From Flavobacteriales bacterium (GTDB lineage Bacteria > Bacteroidota > Bacteroidia > NS11-12g > UBA955): DNA of 51,653 bases. Below, in pieces: positions 35,400-45,304 of the stretch. Location of the stretch: assembly GCA_040376005.1 (NCBI GenBank), contig JBEIRK010000002.1:1-51653 (forward strand), read 5' to 3'. How positions within the stretch are numbered: the first letter of the stretch is position 1; every line of letters begins with the position of its first letter. The notes under the pieces were generated by a model. The model did no database searches and was not told where the DNA came from. It saw only the letters and a program-made list of their open reading frames with translations. The translations under genes were made by a program, and so were the position numbers.

Positions 35400-37202
35400 T
35401 TGGGAAGAAGAACAGATATTTGTAAGCTCGTTGTGAAAGAACTACTCTCCTTAAACGTATACTTTAAATATTACCGCAAGCCCATTGCGCTTGGTTTGTT
35501 TTTTGTGCTCTTATCGAACATTGCTGGGGTATATATACCTGTGCTGGTGCGTCAAGGGCTAGACGAAGCGGTATTTGCCTCCAAATTGAGTGCAGTGCTT
35601 GAGGGTACGGGCAATGCGGGCAGTATCGCCATGGTTTTTGGACTGCTCATAATTGTGGCAAGTCTCATTAAGGGATTATTTATGTACTTGATGCGACAAA
35701 AGATTGTAGTGGTGTCGAGGCACATTGAGTATGATTTGAAGAACGACCTATACAAGCATTACCAGCAGCTGGATGTGGCCTTCTACAGGCGCAATTTTAC
35801 AGGAGATATGATGGCACGCATCGGAGAAGACGTTTCCAATGTGCGCATGTACACCGGCCCTGCGGTAATGTACTTTGCCAATATTCTATTTGTTTTTATA
35901 ACGGTAATATTTCAAATGGTGAATGTGAATGCACAGATGTCACTGTATATCTTACTGCCATTGCCACTGCTGAGTTTCAGTATTTATCGGGTAAGCACCA
36001 TCATAAACAACCGCACAGGAGAGATACAGCGACAATTGTCGGCGATTACCACCTACGCACAAGAAACCTTTGCAGGCATTCGAGTGCTCAAGAGTTTTGG
36101 TGCGGAAGGGTTTTTCGAAGAGGGGTTTGAGAGGGAGAGCAAGGAATACCGGGCGCGCAGTTTAAAGCTGGCTAAGGTCAACAGTTTGTTTTTTCCCTTG
36201 ATGTTGTTGCTCATTGGCTTTTCTAACCTATTGGTATTATACCTAGGCGGTTTGGAAGTGGCAAAAGGGAATTTCAGTACTGGGAATATGGCAGAGTTTC
36301 TATTGTATTTGAATATGTTGATATGGCCGGTAGCTAGTTTGGGCTGGACTACTGCCTTGGTGCAGAAAGCGGCAGCGAGTCAAAAAAGGATTAATGAATT
36401 TTTGCAAACCCCTGCCATTCAAGAGGCGGAGGATGCGCTTCCTTTTCAATTTGAAAAAGAGTTGCGCTTTGAAAATGTGGGTTTCACCTATGAGGGAAAG
36501 CAAAGTCCTGCGGTACAACATGTCAATTTCGTGCTTCGTAAAGGAGAGATTCTGGGTATAACGGGACCTACAGGTTCTGGAAAGAGCACATTGGCGCATT
36601 TTATAATGCGACAATACGCACCGAGCAAGGGCAGCATAACCTTTGACACCATAGATGTGAATCGTATGCGCAGGGCCGCCTACAGTCAGGCTATTGCCTA
36701 TGTTCCTCAAGATGTATTTTTATTCAGCGATACCATTTATGAGAATATCGCGTTTGGAGCTCCAAACGAAGTAAGCGCCGCGGATGTGGAACGGGCAGCT
36801 GCCATGGCTTGTTTGCTACCGGATATACAAGGTTTTCCTGCAGCTATGAATACCATGCTGGGGGAAAGGGGTGTAACCTTAAGTGGAGGCCAAAAACAGC
36901 GCTTGTCTTTAGCACGCGCTTTGTTGCGCAAGGCTGATTTGTATGTGTTGGATGATTGTTTGAGTGCGGTAGACTTAGAAACAGAAAAGCAAATTATTGC
37001 CAATTTGAAGGCAACATTGAATGGCAATACTGCAATTATCATATCCCACCGTGTGGCACCATTGTCGTTTGCGAATGAAATTCTTGTACTAGATCAGGGT
37101 GTAATTGTGGAACACGGCAGCATGTCAGCATTGCTTCATGCCAAAGGTGCTTTTGCCGGATTGTATGAAAGACAGGCAGGTGAATTTGGCATTCCCAGCT
37201 GA
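35400..37202 (+). CDS. ABC transporter, fused permease/ATP-binding (MsbA/MdlB-type exporter)
   Basis: A six-TM domain is followed by Walker A GPTGSGKST, signature LSGGQKQRLSLARAL and Walker B LYVLDD. The start is uncertain (TTG 35400 or GTG 35433). Confidence 0.85.
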   Translation: MGRRTDICKLVVKELLSLNVYFKYYRKPIALGLFFVLLSNIAGVYIPVLVRQGLDEAVFASKLSAVLEGTGNAGSIAMVFGLLIIVASLIKGLFMYLMRQKIVVVSRHIEYDLKNDLYKHYQQLDVAFYRRNFTGDMMARIGEDVSNVRMYTGPAVMYFANILFVFITVIFQMVNVNAQMSLYILLPLPLLSFSIYRVSTIINNRTGEIQRQLSAITTYAQETFAGIRVLKSFGAEGFFEEGFERESKEYRARSLKLAKVNSLFFPLMLLLIGFSNLLVLYLGGLEVAKGNFSTGNMAEFLLYLNMLIWPVASLGWTTALVQKAAASQKRINEFLQTPAIQEAEDALPFQFEKELRFENVGFTYEGKQSPAVQHVNFVLRKGEILGITGPTGSGKSTLAHFIMRQYAPSKGSITFDTIDVNRMRRAAYSQAIAYVPQDVFLFSDTIYENIAFGAPNEVSAADVERAAAMACLLPDIQGFPAAMNTMLGERGVTLSGGQKQRLSLARALLRKADLYVLDDCLSAVDLETEKQIIANLKATLNGNTAIIISHRVAPLSFANEILVLDQGVIVEHGSMSALLHAKGAFAGLYERQAGEFGIPS

Positions 37203-37239
37203 AACTTTCACAAATTTTTGGTTTTTTCGCTGTAAACCA

Positions 37240-37247
37240 TAGTTTTG
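37240..37247 (+). promoter_or_regulatory. -7 promoter box (TAGTTTTG)
   Basis: TAnnTTTG match 17 nt before ATG 37264. Confidence 0.4.
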
Positions 37248-37263
37248 TAATTGCGATAAAACA

Positions 37264-37581
37264 ATGAATCTGATGAACGAGGACATGCACAACGGACAGG
37301 AAGAGATCTTTTCAAAGCGGATACGTGCAGGAAAGCGCACTTATTTTTTTGATGTAAAAGCAACTAGAAATAGTGATTTCTATGTTACCATTACCGAAAG
37401 TAAGCGCAGTAAATTTGATGATGGGAACTTCATAAAAACAAAGATTCATTTGTACAAAGAGGATTTCAACAAATTCTCTGACGCCTTACAGGAAACCATC
37501 TCCCATGTGAAGAGCAACCTGCTGCCAGAATACGATTTTGATGAATATGCGCGACGTGACGAGTCCGCAGAAAGTCACTAA
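37264..37581 (+). CDS. PUR-alpha-like ssDNA/RNA-binding protein (DUF3276)
   Basis: EIFSKRIRAGKRTYFFDVKATRNSDFYVTITESKR is the characteristic bacterial PUR-repeat sequence. Confidence 0.7.
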   Translation: MNLMNEDMHNGQEEIFSKRIRAGKRTYFFDVKATRNSDFYVTITESKRSKFDDGNFIKTKIHLYKEDFNKFSDALQETISHVKSNLLPEYDFDEYARRDESAESH

Positions 37582-37639
37582 TTCACGGGGTTTCTGACAA
37601 AAGCGTTCCCCAAACCCTGCTTTGGGTTATTTTTGCGCC

Positions 37640-38170
37640 ATGTTTAAAAAGATTGCAGTTTACGGATTGGCCTTTGGCTCTTTATCGGCCTCCATGGTAC
37701 TCATACAATTTATTAACGGATTGTACCGAGAAAGAACCATTGTAACTGCGATTCCTGTATTGGCAAACATTGTGTTTCCTGCATTGGGTGTGTTTTTGTT
37801 CATCAAGGCCATCAGCCGATTGCAAACAGATAAGCCCATAAATCTTGGGGGTGCATTGTTTGGTTCATTGCTGGTATCCACCGTGATTGCACTGTGTAAT
37901 ATCGCTGCCTATCACCATGTGATGTTTAACCGCACCGATATCATTAAAGACTATAAAGGCAGAAATTATAATTCGATAGAGGTGTATTACAAAGCGGATA
38001 CTGCCTTAACAGCAACCGTGCGCACTGAGAAAATCCAGGAGGCCAAGAACAATTTTGATAAGAATATTGGCACCGGTACTTGGGCAAGAACCCAATTTAT
38101 GTTGTGCTTAAGCACGGGATTGGTAGTGTCACTTCTCACCTTTATTTCGGTCACAAGAAAGTATTCATGA
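37640..38170 (+). CDS. Small membrane protein (DUF4199-like)
   Basis: Start taken at ATG 37640 (MFKKIAVYGLAFG). It has four hydrophobic segments. The family call is from memory. Confidence 0.45.
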   Translation: MFKKIAVYGLAFGSLSASMVLIQFINGLYRERTIVTAIPVLANIVFPALGVFLFIKAISRLQTDKPINLGGALFGSLLVSTVIALCNIAAYHHVMFNRTDIIKDYKGRNYNSIEVYYKADTALTATVRTEKIQEAKNNFDKNIGTGTWARTQFMLCLSTGLVVSLLTFISVTRKYS

Positions 38171-38910
38171 GCAAGATTGCAGGTCGACTTTGGGTAGCCT
38201 GGGGAGGATTTTGGTTCGCCCTAATTTTTCTTTCCTTGTATCCCTTGTTTTTGCTGTGGTTGTCGCATCCTAAGCTGTATAGAATAGCTCATTTTCAGCG
38301 GCGAGTGTGGGGTTTTTTATCCTGTATTCCAACTGGCTTTATTCCCTTTGTTTCCCAAGAGGGGAGCATACCCAAAGGACGCAGGGTGGTGTTTTGTCCC
38401 AATCACTCTTCTTATCTTGATATTCTTACAGCGGGCACCTACTTGCCAGGTTTTAACTTCTTCATGGCAAAAATGGAGTTGAGCAAAGTGCCTTTGTTTA
38501 ATATTTGGTTTAGAACCATTGATATTCCTGTGAAAAGAGAAAGCATGCGCCAGTCGCACAGGGCATTTATAGATGCAGCAGAACAGTTTGATAAGGGAAT
38601 CGACATGATTATATTTCCGGAAGGAAAGATTCCATCCTACACACCGGCCTTACATCCACTGAAAATTGGTGCTTTCCGCTTGGCGATTGAGAAGGGAGCC
38701 TTAATTGTTCCGGTGACCATGCCAGACAACCATAAAAGACTAGACATCCATGCTTGGGTAGGAAGTCCAGGGAAGATGCGCATGCATATTCATCGTCCTA
38801 TAGATACTGCCGGACTAAAAATTGAAGATGCAGAGCAGCTGAAAGACGATGTATATCGTATACTTGAAGACCAATTGGTGGCATTTGGTGTAGACATTTC
38901 AAAAAAATGA
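38167..38910 (+). CDS. plsC: 1-acyl-sn-glycerol-3-phosphate acyltransferase
   Basis: HX4D motif (NHSSYLD) and FPEGK motif. Start set at ATG 38167 (MSKIAGRLW), which overlaps the preceding stop (ATGA). Confidence 0.8.
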   Translation: MSKIAGRLWVAWGGFWFALIFLSLYPLFLLWLSHPKLYRIAHFQRRVWGFLSCIPTGFIPFVSQEGSIPKGRRVVFCPNHSSYLDILTAGTYLPGFNFFMAKMELSKVPLFNIWFRTIDIPVKRESMRQSHRAFIDAAEQFDKGIDMIIFPEGKIPSYTPALHPLKIGAFRLAIEKGALIVPVTMPDNHKRLDIHAWVGSPGKMRMHIHRPIDTAGLKIEDAEQLKDDVYRILEDQLVAFGVDISKK

Positions 38911-39194
38911 AAATTACAGATAATAAAGTAGAGGCGTTGGCTCAACTCTCAAGGCTGTCTTTTGAAGGAGATGCCAAAGAAGTTATGCGCCAAGATTTGG
39001 AGAAAATATTGGAGATGTGTGAAAAGCTTAATGAAGTAGACACAGAGGGTGTAGAGCCTCTGATTTACATGTCTGACAATGAGAATGTGCTGCGTGAAGA
39101 CGAGGTAGTGCAATCCATATCCCATGAAGATGCATTAAAAAATGCTCCGAAAAAAGACAGTGATTTCTTTAGAGTACCTAAGGTCATAGGATAA
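38907..39194 (+). CDS. gatC: Asp-tRNA(Asn)/Glu-tRNA(Gln) amidotransferase subunit C
   Basis: 95 aa. The pattern LA.LSRLSF......DL..IL......EVDTEGVEP is typical of GatC. Confidence 0.85.
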   Translation: MKITDNKVEALAQLSRLSFEGDAKEVMRQDLEKILEMCEKLNEVDTEGVEPLIYMSDNENVLREDEVVQSISHEDALKNAPKKDSDFFRVPKVIG

Positions 39195-39886
39195 TGGCGT
39201 CCCAAACTCCTCTCATTCAACTTTCCAACATTAGCCGCCTGTATAAGTTAGGGGACCAGGTTGTGCATGCGCTGCGCAAAATTGATTTGGAAATCTTTAG
39301 AGGGGATTACATCGCCCTTATGGGCCCCAGTGGTTCTGGTAAATCCACCTTGATGAATATTATTGGTTGTTTGGATACGCCTACAACTGGAACCTATATT
39401 CTCAACAACAAGGAAGTGAGTGATATGGGTGATGATGAATTGTCTAGTATTCGCAATGAAGAGATTGGGTTTATTTTCCAAACCTTTAACCTTTTGCCAC
39501 GCATTACAGCGCAAGAAAATGTGGCTTTGCCCCTCATATATGCGGGAGTGAGTAAAAAAGACCGCTTGGAACGTGCAGCTAAGGCCTTGCAAGACGTAGG
39601 CTTGGCAGACAGAATGCACCATAAACCCAACGAATTGAGTGGGGGGCAGCGCCAACGTGTGGCAGTGGCAAGAGCACTGATCAACAATCCTTCAATATTG
39701 CTGGCGGATGAGCCTACGGGTAATTTGGATTCAAAGACCTCCATAGAAATTATGGCCCTATTTGAAGAGCTGCACAAGAAGGGGAACACCATTATTCTGG
39801 TAACCCATGAAGAAGATATCGCCAGACATGCCAGACATGTGATTCGCATGCGCGACGGCCTCATTGATACTGGCGCCGCAGCTTAA
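39194..39886 (+). CDS. ABC transporter ATP-binding protein (MacB/LolD-type)
   Basis: Walker [11 protein letters not shown]-loop, signature [15 protein letters not shown], Walker [13 protein letters not shown]. Confidence 0.88.
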   Translation: MASQTPLIQLSNISRLYKLGDQVVHALRKIDLEIFRGDYIALMGPSGSGKSTLMNIIGCLDTPTTGTYILNNKEVSDMGDDELSSIRNEEIGFIFQTFNLLPRITAQENVALPLIYAGVSKKDRLERAAKALQDVGLADRMHHKPNELSGGQRQRVAVARALINNPSILLADEPTGNLDSKTSIEIMALFEELHKKGNTIILVTHEEDIARHARHVIRMRDGLIDTGAAA

Positions 39887-39932
39887 TTTTAGCTCGCGTT
39901 TTGCGATGCGCAAGGAATGCATTTAATTTGGA

Positions 39933-40781
39933 ATTCTGAGCCAAAAAAATCTCATCCTGTTTTATAACCCCAAGAGTGGGAGATTTTCACCCTCTGAGCT
40001 GAATGCACTGTATACTTCTTTTCAGCGCCACTTCCCTCATTGTCAAAAGATTCATAACCCAGAGCAGTTGAGCGCGTTGAAAGAAACGCATGTGGTTTCC
40101 ATTGGGGGTGATGGCACCTTTCATGTGTTAATCAACCATTTGGATTTGGCAACAAATACGGTTTCTGTATGGAAAATGGGCAGTGGAAATGACTTCGTTT
40201 CCAATTGGAAAAAGCCATCTGTACCCAGTTTATCTGCGGCAATCGATCAAGGGAAAATACAGACAATAGACCTCATTCAGGTGGGTGCAGAGGTGAAGGT
40301 ACATACCGTGTGGGGTGTGGGCTTTGATGCCTTTGTGACGCAAAAGGCCCATGCATGGAATTTGGGGATTCCAGTGTTGAAATACATTCTGCCTATTGCG
40401 CGGTATTTGTTTTTCTTCAAACCTATAGGTGTACGGATAGAAAGTGAAAGCTACAACTATACCGGACCTGCATTTATGGTATCAATAGGCAATGGTCCGC
40501 GCGCAGGTGGCGGATTTCAATTGTTTCCCACTGCGGTTATGGATGATGGGAAGATGAATCTCTTGTTGATTAAACCACCGGGATTTTTCCAAAAGTTGGC
40601 TTATGTATGGTTGGTGTCTTTTGGTAAGCACAACCGACTGAAGATGGTAGAAATTGCAAGCATGCCACACTGCAAGATTACCTTGGAATCACCTGGAATT
40701 ATGGGTTGCGATGGGGAGGTGTATCCTTGCCAAACAATAGATATGAAGGTATTGCCGGGGGCGTTACAATTGATACAATAA
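39933..40781 (+). CDS. Diacylglycerol/lipid kinase family protein (YegS/LCB5-like); start codon unresolved
   Basis: GGDGT motif at VSIGGDGTF. The frame is open from 39927 and encodes the conserved N-terminal strand LILFYNPKSG, upstream of the ORF-track TTG at 40068. The only in-frame candidates are non-canonical codons (ATT 39933, CTG 39936). Confidence 0.6.
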   Translation: MLSQKNLILFYNPKSGRFSPSELNALYTSFQRHFPHCQKIHNPEQLSALKETHVVSIGGDGTFHVLINHLDLATNTVSVWKMGSGNDFVSNWKKPSVPSLSAAIDQGKIQTIDLIQVGAEVKVHTVWGVGFDAFVTQKAHAWNLGIPVLKYILPIARYLFFFKPIGVRIESESYNYTGPAFMVSIGNGPRAGGGFQLFPTAVMDDGKMNLLLIKPPGFFQKLAYVWLVSFGKHNRLKMVEIASMPHCKITLESPGIMGCDGEVYPCQTIDMKVLPGALQLIQ

Positions 40782-40814
40782 AAAAATCCGGGACAGCTCA
40801 AACCCCGGATTTTC
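40780..40814. terminator. Bidirectional intrinsic terminator between convergent genes
   Basis: AAAAAA-ATCCGGG-(11-nt loop)-CCCGGAT-TTTT: a 7-bp GC-rich stem flanked by an A-run and a T-run. Confidence 0.6.
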
Positions 40815-41292
40815 AAATAAAAGAGCAAAGCTCCTTTACGGTCTTATTCTCATTGCCTTTTGGCAAGTGAATTTCAAAAGCATATTGCCCTGGGCTTAAG
40901 GAGTTGAATTGAACTTGATTAATCCCTGCGGGTAAACTCTCCCAATTGTCATGCGAATCCACCAGTCGATACAATAGACTCAATCCTTTTCCGGATGTAA
41001 AGTTGGGACTTGAGAATTCAATTATAAAGGTATTTTGATTGTAATTTAATTTAAAACCATGAATCAATGCGATTGGTCCATCTTTACCAATAATGCGGTC
41101 GATATATACCCGATTTGAGTATTTATTGGCTATGGTAATATTGTATTTTAATTTATACAAACCACTATTTGCGGCAATGGATAGCCAGGCCCTATTTATG
41201 TGAACATTAGGAATATCCGAACTGCTGATTCCAGATGACTCATTCAAGATTTCGGCATGATTCATGAGTTTCGAAATCCTGGCAATTCCCAT
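40813..41292 (-). CDS. Y_Y_Y-domain-containing ORF, possibly a remnant of a two-component propeller sensor
   Basis: The C-terminal segment IIEFSSPNF..LLYRLVDSHDNWESLP..VQFNSLSPGQYAFEI matches the Y_Y_Y Ig-like domain of hybrid sensor proteins. It has no signal peptide, propeller, TM segment or kinase. Confidence 0.35.
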   Translation of the reverse strand: MGIARISKLMNHAEILNESSGISSSDIPNVHINRAWLSIAANSGLYKLKYNITIANKYSNRVYIDRIIGKDGPIALIHGFKLNYNQNTFIIEFSSPNFTSGKGLSLLYRLVDSHDNWESLPAGINQVQFNSLSPGQYAFEIHLPKGNENKTVKELCSFI

Positions 41293-41385
41293 ATCTGTGA
41301 GGCCAAAGAGATAGTCGGCGTTGGAAATGATTTTTTGAAAATTGGTGATCTCTTGATTTAATTCGGTGAATGGAATAAATTCGGG

Positions 41386-41895
41386 TCAAGTCATCGAATC
41401 TTTATTGTCGCGTTCCCAAGTCATTATAAAATCATTCATAAAATAACCATCACCAATATCAAAATCTGCTACTTCTGAAATATAAAAACCACATTTAAAA
41501 TAGAAGTTAATGGCTTTAAAGTTTTGTCTGTTTACCTGTAGTTTCCAAGAAGTAATTTGAGGTAGCATATCACACAGTGAAAGAAAAGCTTCAGAACCTA
41601 CCTGTTTTCCATGGTGCTCGGATAGTATGTAGAACTTATGAATAAAACCTTCTTCTTGCGAAGTACTTACACTCATAAATCCTACCTGTTCTTGCCGCCA
41701 TTCTATGTAATAAAACTGTTGGCCTTGGCCTACCTGTTGTTGAAGAGATGCGGTACTGTAATTTTTATTCAGCATGTAGGCTACTTGCTCTACCCCAATA
41801 ATAGCGGGGTAGTGCTCATGCCAAATCTCAGCAGCGAGCTGTTGTATTTTAGGAATGTCGGAAACTTCTGCAGGGATAAGTTGTGCAATCACCAC
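41386..41895 (-). CDS. GNAT-family N-acetyltransferase
   Basis: 169 aa. The acetyl-CoA-binding region HHGKQVGSEAF and the general GNAT beta-alpha pattern are present. Confidence 0.75.
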   Translation of the reverse strand: MVIAQLIPAEVSDIPKIQQLAAEIWHEHYPAIIGVEQVAYMLNKNYSTASLQQQVGQGQQFYYIEWRQEQVGFMSVSTSQEEGFIHKFYILSEHHGKQVGSEAFLSLCDMLPQITSWKLQVNRQNFKAINFYFKCGFYISEVADFDIGDGYFMNDFIMTWERDNKDSMT

Positions 41896-41925
41896 TCAAA
41901 AATCACATTTTTGTAGCAGATTTCT

Positions 41926-42648
41926 ATGTTCACCTGTCAGGATTTATATATTGGCTATTCACAAAGCCCCTCCGAGGATTGCCCGATAGTGGATTTGCAT
42001 TTGAAATTGGACGCGGGCTCGGTTACACTGCTTGCAGGCACCAATGGCGCTGGGAAATCCAGTTTGTTACGCACCTTGGCAGGCTTACAAGAGGCCGTTT
42101 CTGGAGAAGTGGCCTATGCAGGCCATGCCATACGCGCAGGTGCTGCAGAAACCAATGCACAACACATTTCCATTATGTTTTCAACGCCACCCGCCTTGGA
42201 GTATAGTTTGGTACAAGAGGTGGTGCTTTCTGGAATGTCGCGTTTTTTAAATCCCTGGCAGTGGAACTACAGCGATATAGCGGAAATCGCAGATCGGGCG
42301 CTGGCCCAAACGGGTGCTGAGGCCTTTGGTTTAAAACAGTTTGCCGCCTTAAGCGATGGAGAGAAACAAAAGGTAATGCTCGCCCGCTGCTTGGCGCAAA
42401 ACACGCCTGTCATCCTATTGGATGAACCCCTGGCATTTTTAGATTATCCAAGCCGATTAGACATGCTGAAATTGCTTCAGAAAATTGCCCGTGAATCTCA
42501 AAAAATCATCCTTTTTTCGAGCCACGATATCGAAATTGGACTGCCATTCTCAGACAATCTTTTGTTTTTGAAGGGGAAAGGTCCTTGGTATTTAACCCAA
42601 GGCCGCCAGGCCTTGGATGCTATTGTTCCAAGCACATTGTTTACTTGA
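41926..42648 (+). CDS. ABC transporter ATP-binding protein (orphan, FepC/BtuD-like)
   Basis: Walker A GTNGAGKSS, signature LSDGEKQKVMLARCL, Walker B ILLDEP. There is no adjacent permease gene. Confidence 0.8.
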   Translation: MFTCQDLYIGYSQSPSEDCPIVDLHLKLDAGSVTLLAGTNGAGKSSLLRTLAGLQEAVSGEVAYAGHAIRAGAAETNAQHISIMFSTPPALEYSLVQEVVLSGMSRFLNPWQWNYSDIAEIADRALAQTGAEAFGLKQFAALSDGEKQKVMLARCLAQNTPVILLDEPLAFLDYPSRLDMLKLLQKIARESQKIILFSSHDIEIGLPFSDNLLFLKGKGPWYLTQGRQALDAIVPSTLFT

Positions 42649-43363
42649 GGTGAAAGAACGCGGTAATTTTTCTTTTAAGTCATTTACGGTGCAGCAAGAA
42701 ACTGCTGCTATGCCGGTCACAACGGATGCTTGTATATTGGGTGCAGTTGCTGAATTTCGAGCAGAAATCGGCAGTATTTTAGACATAGGTACTGGTACTG
42801 GTTTGTTGGCTTTGATGCTTGCACAACGCTATGTAAATGCCCAGGTTACGGGTATAGATATTCAAGAAGAAAGTATGCGGTTGGCAGAGAAAAACTTCAG
42901 GGCTTCGCCTTGGCCGCAGCGATTGCTTGCGCATCATTGCGATTTACAAGATTTCGAACCTGTACAGCTTTTTGATGGGATTATTTGTAACCCGCCATTC
43001 TTTGAAAATCAATTGGTATCTGCACAAGTGGGCAAGAGGATTTCCCGGCACACAGTGAGCCTTTCTTATGATGCCTTATTCAAGTATAGTTATCGCCTGC
43101 TTGCCCCTGAGGGTGTTGCATGGTATCTGCTTCCAACGTTGCATGGGCAGAGAATAGTTGAGGCATTAAATACCGTTGGACTCTTTCCATTTCGACGGAT
43201 ATTTCTGCATGCAAATGCTACAAAGGATGCGCATTTAGTGCTGGTAGCCTGTCGGAAAACTGTTGCAGTATGTGAGGATGATAGGCTATTTACCTATGAG
43301 GAAGGCGGGAAGCTAACACAACGAATAAGCGCTATACTTCAACCCTTTTACTTGCATTTGTAG
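42617..43363 (+). CDS. tRNA (adenine37-N6)-methyltransferase (TrmN6/YfiC-like)
   Basis: FSFKSFTVQQ..AMPVTTDA N-terminal pattern, SAM motif ILDIGTGTG, and catalytic NPPFF. GTG 42650 is an alternative and perhaps better start. Confidence 0.75.
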   Translation: MLLFQAHCLLEVKERGNFSFKSFTVQQETAAMPVTTDACILGAVAEFRAEIGSILDIGTGTGLLALMLAQRYVNAQVTGIDIQEESMRLAEKNFRASPWPQRLLAHHCDLQDFEPVQLFDGIICNPPFFENQLVSAQVGKRISRHTVSLSYDALFKYSYRLLAPEGVAWYLLPTLHGQRIVEALNTVGLFPFRRIFLHANATKDAHLVLVACRKTVAVCEDDRLFTYEEGGKLTQRISAILQPFYLHL

Positions 43364-43368
43364 GCCAA

Positions 43369-43608
43369 ATGGTATTAACTTCGCTATTTATGTCATGGAT
43401 TAAATACAACATAGAGAAGTCGGCCTTCGGAGTTTGCGCCTATTTGGGTGATAAAATGGGTATTTCCACGGCACGAATTCGCATGTTTTTTATTTATGCT
43501 TCATGCTTGACCCTGGGTTCACCCGTGATTTTTTACCTTGTTGTAGCTTTTTGGCTGAATATTAAGCGCTACACAGTGGAAAAAAGAACCTCAGTTTGGG
43601 ATTTGTAA
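43369..43608 (+). CDS. PspC-domain membrane protein
   Basis: FGVCAYLGDKMGISTARIRMFFI is the PspC-domain signature, followed by one TM helix. Confidence 0.7.
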   Translation: MVLTSLFMSWIKYNIEKSAFGVCAYLGDKMGISTARIRMFFIYASCLTLGSPVIFYLVVAFWLNIKRYTVEKRTSVWDL

Positions 43609-43627
43609 ATCCCTACAACTTCCAAAC

Positions 43628-45304
43628 TTAGAAATTACTGCTGACTGTAAATCGAACCCCTGAGAAAGCAGGTTCCACGCGGCAGATACCCCCACTACAG
43701 TTCACCCCTTGTTGTTGTTTTACATAGGCTAGTGTGAACATGGTATTTCCCGCTAGGTAACTGGTAAAGAAGGTGGGATAGTGCAGGATTTCATCGGCAA
43801 TTACCATATTCTCGTAGCGGTGAGGTTTTATGTTTACCATATCTCCTACAGAGAATGAGATATTTGGAGTAAGGTAGAATTCAATCATGCCATTGGCGAA
43901 TGAACCCTGATCCTGTTTTGTAGATAGGTACTGAAATTCCAAGCGCAAGCTTCTGTGATTGGGCAGTTTTACCAGAATCTCACCGAAAGGCGTAAAGGTG
44001 TGTACATTCTCATATTCAGGCTCTTGTTCATAGCGGCCTTGATTGTAAATAATGCTTTGCAGCCCTAGTTTCAGCTTTGTTTTTTTCCCTATATTTTGAA
44101 TAACTTCTCCATACAATTCTCTAAAGAGCAAAATAGCCTTGTCGTTTTCTCCATTCGATGCAAGCGACTGAACATAGCTTCCGTTAAGGGTGATTTGAGT
44201 TCCTTTTCTGGGTTTGAAATCGATTTCACCTTGAATGCCATTTTCACCCAATTCTTGGGCTGGGGCATTATAACGCGCCATGAGCCTGTAACTGTTTTGA
44301 CGGGTGAGAGAAGGCAGGTAGCTGATAAGTCCGTTGAGGAGCAAATCGGCAGGTGAACTGCGCAAGGCGAAATTCTCTACATGGCGCCCTTGCAAATTGA
44401 TACCAATTGACGCCTTTTGCTTGAAAAGTGAAAAATTACTCTTTCCCCAACTCAGCGAAGTGTAGGCAACTTGGCCGTCGTGGAGCTGGTATTTGTTGTT
44501 TACTCCTTTTATGGCCTCAGCTGTTTTGTAATTGTATTCTGCATTCCACATGAGGTTGCCGATGCTGTAGGAAAAATAGGCATTGTAGCCGTATACATTG
44601 TAAGTAGGGATGAACCTCTCTGAAACGGGATAGCTATTTATTTCTGCTACTACAGCGGACATGGTTGGTTTATCCAGGGTCCGATTGAGAATGCTGCTTC
44701 CTAAAGTGAGGTTGCCCAATGCGCCATCCTTGCCCACGTTGAGATTGCCTTCAGCATTGGCTCCAGCGATTACTTGGGGTGCAAAACCAAAACGGTTGTC
44801 TGGATTGCCTTTTTGGTTTCCGCCAAAGGCTTTAATCTTAAGGTTGGGCGTAAGATCATAGGCCAATCGCACCCCTTGAATGGCGTAATCGATACCCAAT
44901 TGGCGTTGTTCATATGCCCTGAATAATACTCCAGAACCGAGTTGGTCATAAAAGCTGCCAATGGTGATATCCAATTTGTCAATGGCTTTGTGGGCTTGCC
45001 AATAGCCAATACCGTGGTTTGTATAACTGCCTTGAGGATTGAGTAATGGAGAGTTGAAAAAACCATCATAGCGCACGGTAAAGTCATAACCTTTTATTCT
45101 GTAGTTCATAAACAACCAAGCGTCTACGCTACTTGAGTTTTCGCGGTAAACTTTGGTTATGGCACCTATTTTATCATCTCTGAGGTATTTCTGGTAGGTG
45201 AGTATCAGGTTGCCCGAGAATTGGCCTTTATCTTCAGAGTTTTGAGCATGCAGCGCGGATGAAAAACCAGCAAGGGTAATGCCGATGATTAGCAATCTTC
45301 TCAT
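43628..45304 (-). CDS. Outer-membrane beta-barrel protein (porin-like; possibly DUF6029)
   Basis: Start moved to ATG 45304 (MRRLLIIGITLAGFSSALHAQ signal peptide). The longer ORF-track form would run across the miaB promoter. It is Tyr/Gly/Asn-rich with alternating strands and a C-terminal ...SSNF aromatic terminus. Confidence 0.6.
   Translation of the reverse strand: MRRLLIIGITLAGFSSALHAQNSEDKGQFSGNLILTYQKYLRDDKIGAITKVYRENSSSVDAWLFMNYRIKGYDFTVRYDGFFNSPLLNPQGSYTNHGIGYWQAHKAIDKLDITIGSFYDQLGSGVLFRAYEQRQLGIDYAIQGVRLAYDLTPNLKIKAFGGNQKGNPDNRFGFAPQVIAGANAEGNLNVGKDGALGNLTLGSSILNRTLDKPTMSAVVAEINSYPVSERFIPTYNVYGYNAYFSYSIGNLMWNAEYNYKTAEAIKGVNNKYQLHDGQVAYTSLSWGKSNFSLFKQKASIGINLQGRHVENFALRSSPADLLLNGLISYLPSLTRQNSYRLMARYNAPAQELGENGIQGEIDFKPRKGTQITLNGSYVQSLASNGENDKAILLFRELYGEVIQNIGKKTKLKLGLQSIIYNQGRYEQEPEYENVHTFTPFGEILVKLPNHRSLRLEFQYLSTKQDQGSFANGMIEFYLTPNISFSVGDMVNIKPHRYENMVIADEILHYPTFFTSYLAGNTMFTLAYVKQQQGVNCSGGICRVEPAFSGVRFTVSSNF

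Noticed and set aside
41883-42250. 107-aa and 72-aa plus-strand ORFs overlapping the start of the ABC ATPase gene
   Set aside because: They are alternative frames of a gene with clear Walker A, signature and Walker B motifs, and they are Arg/Cys-rich chance frames.
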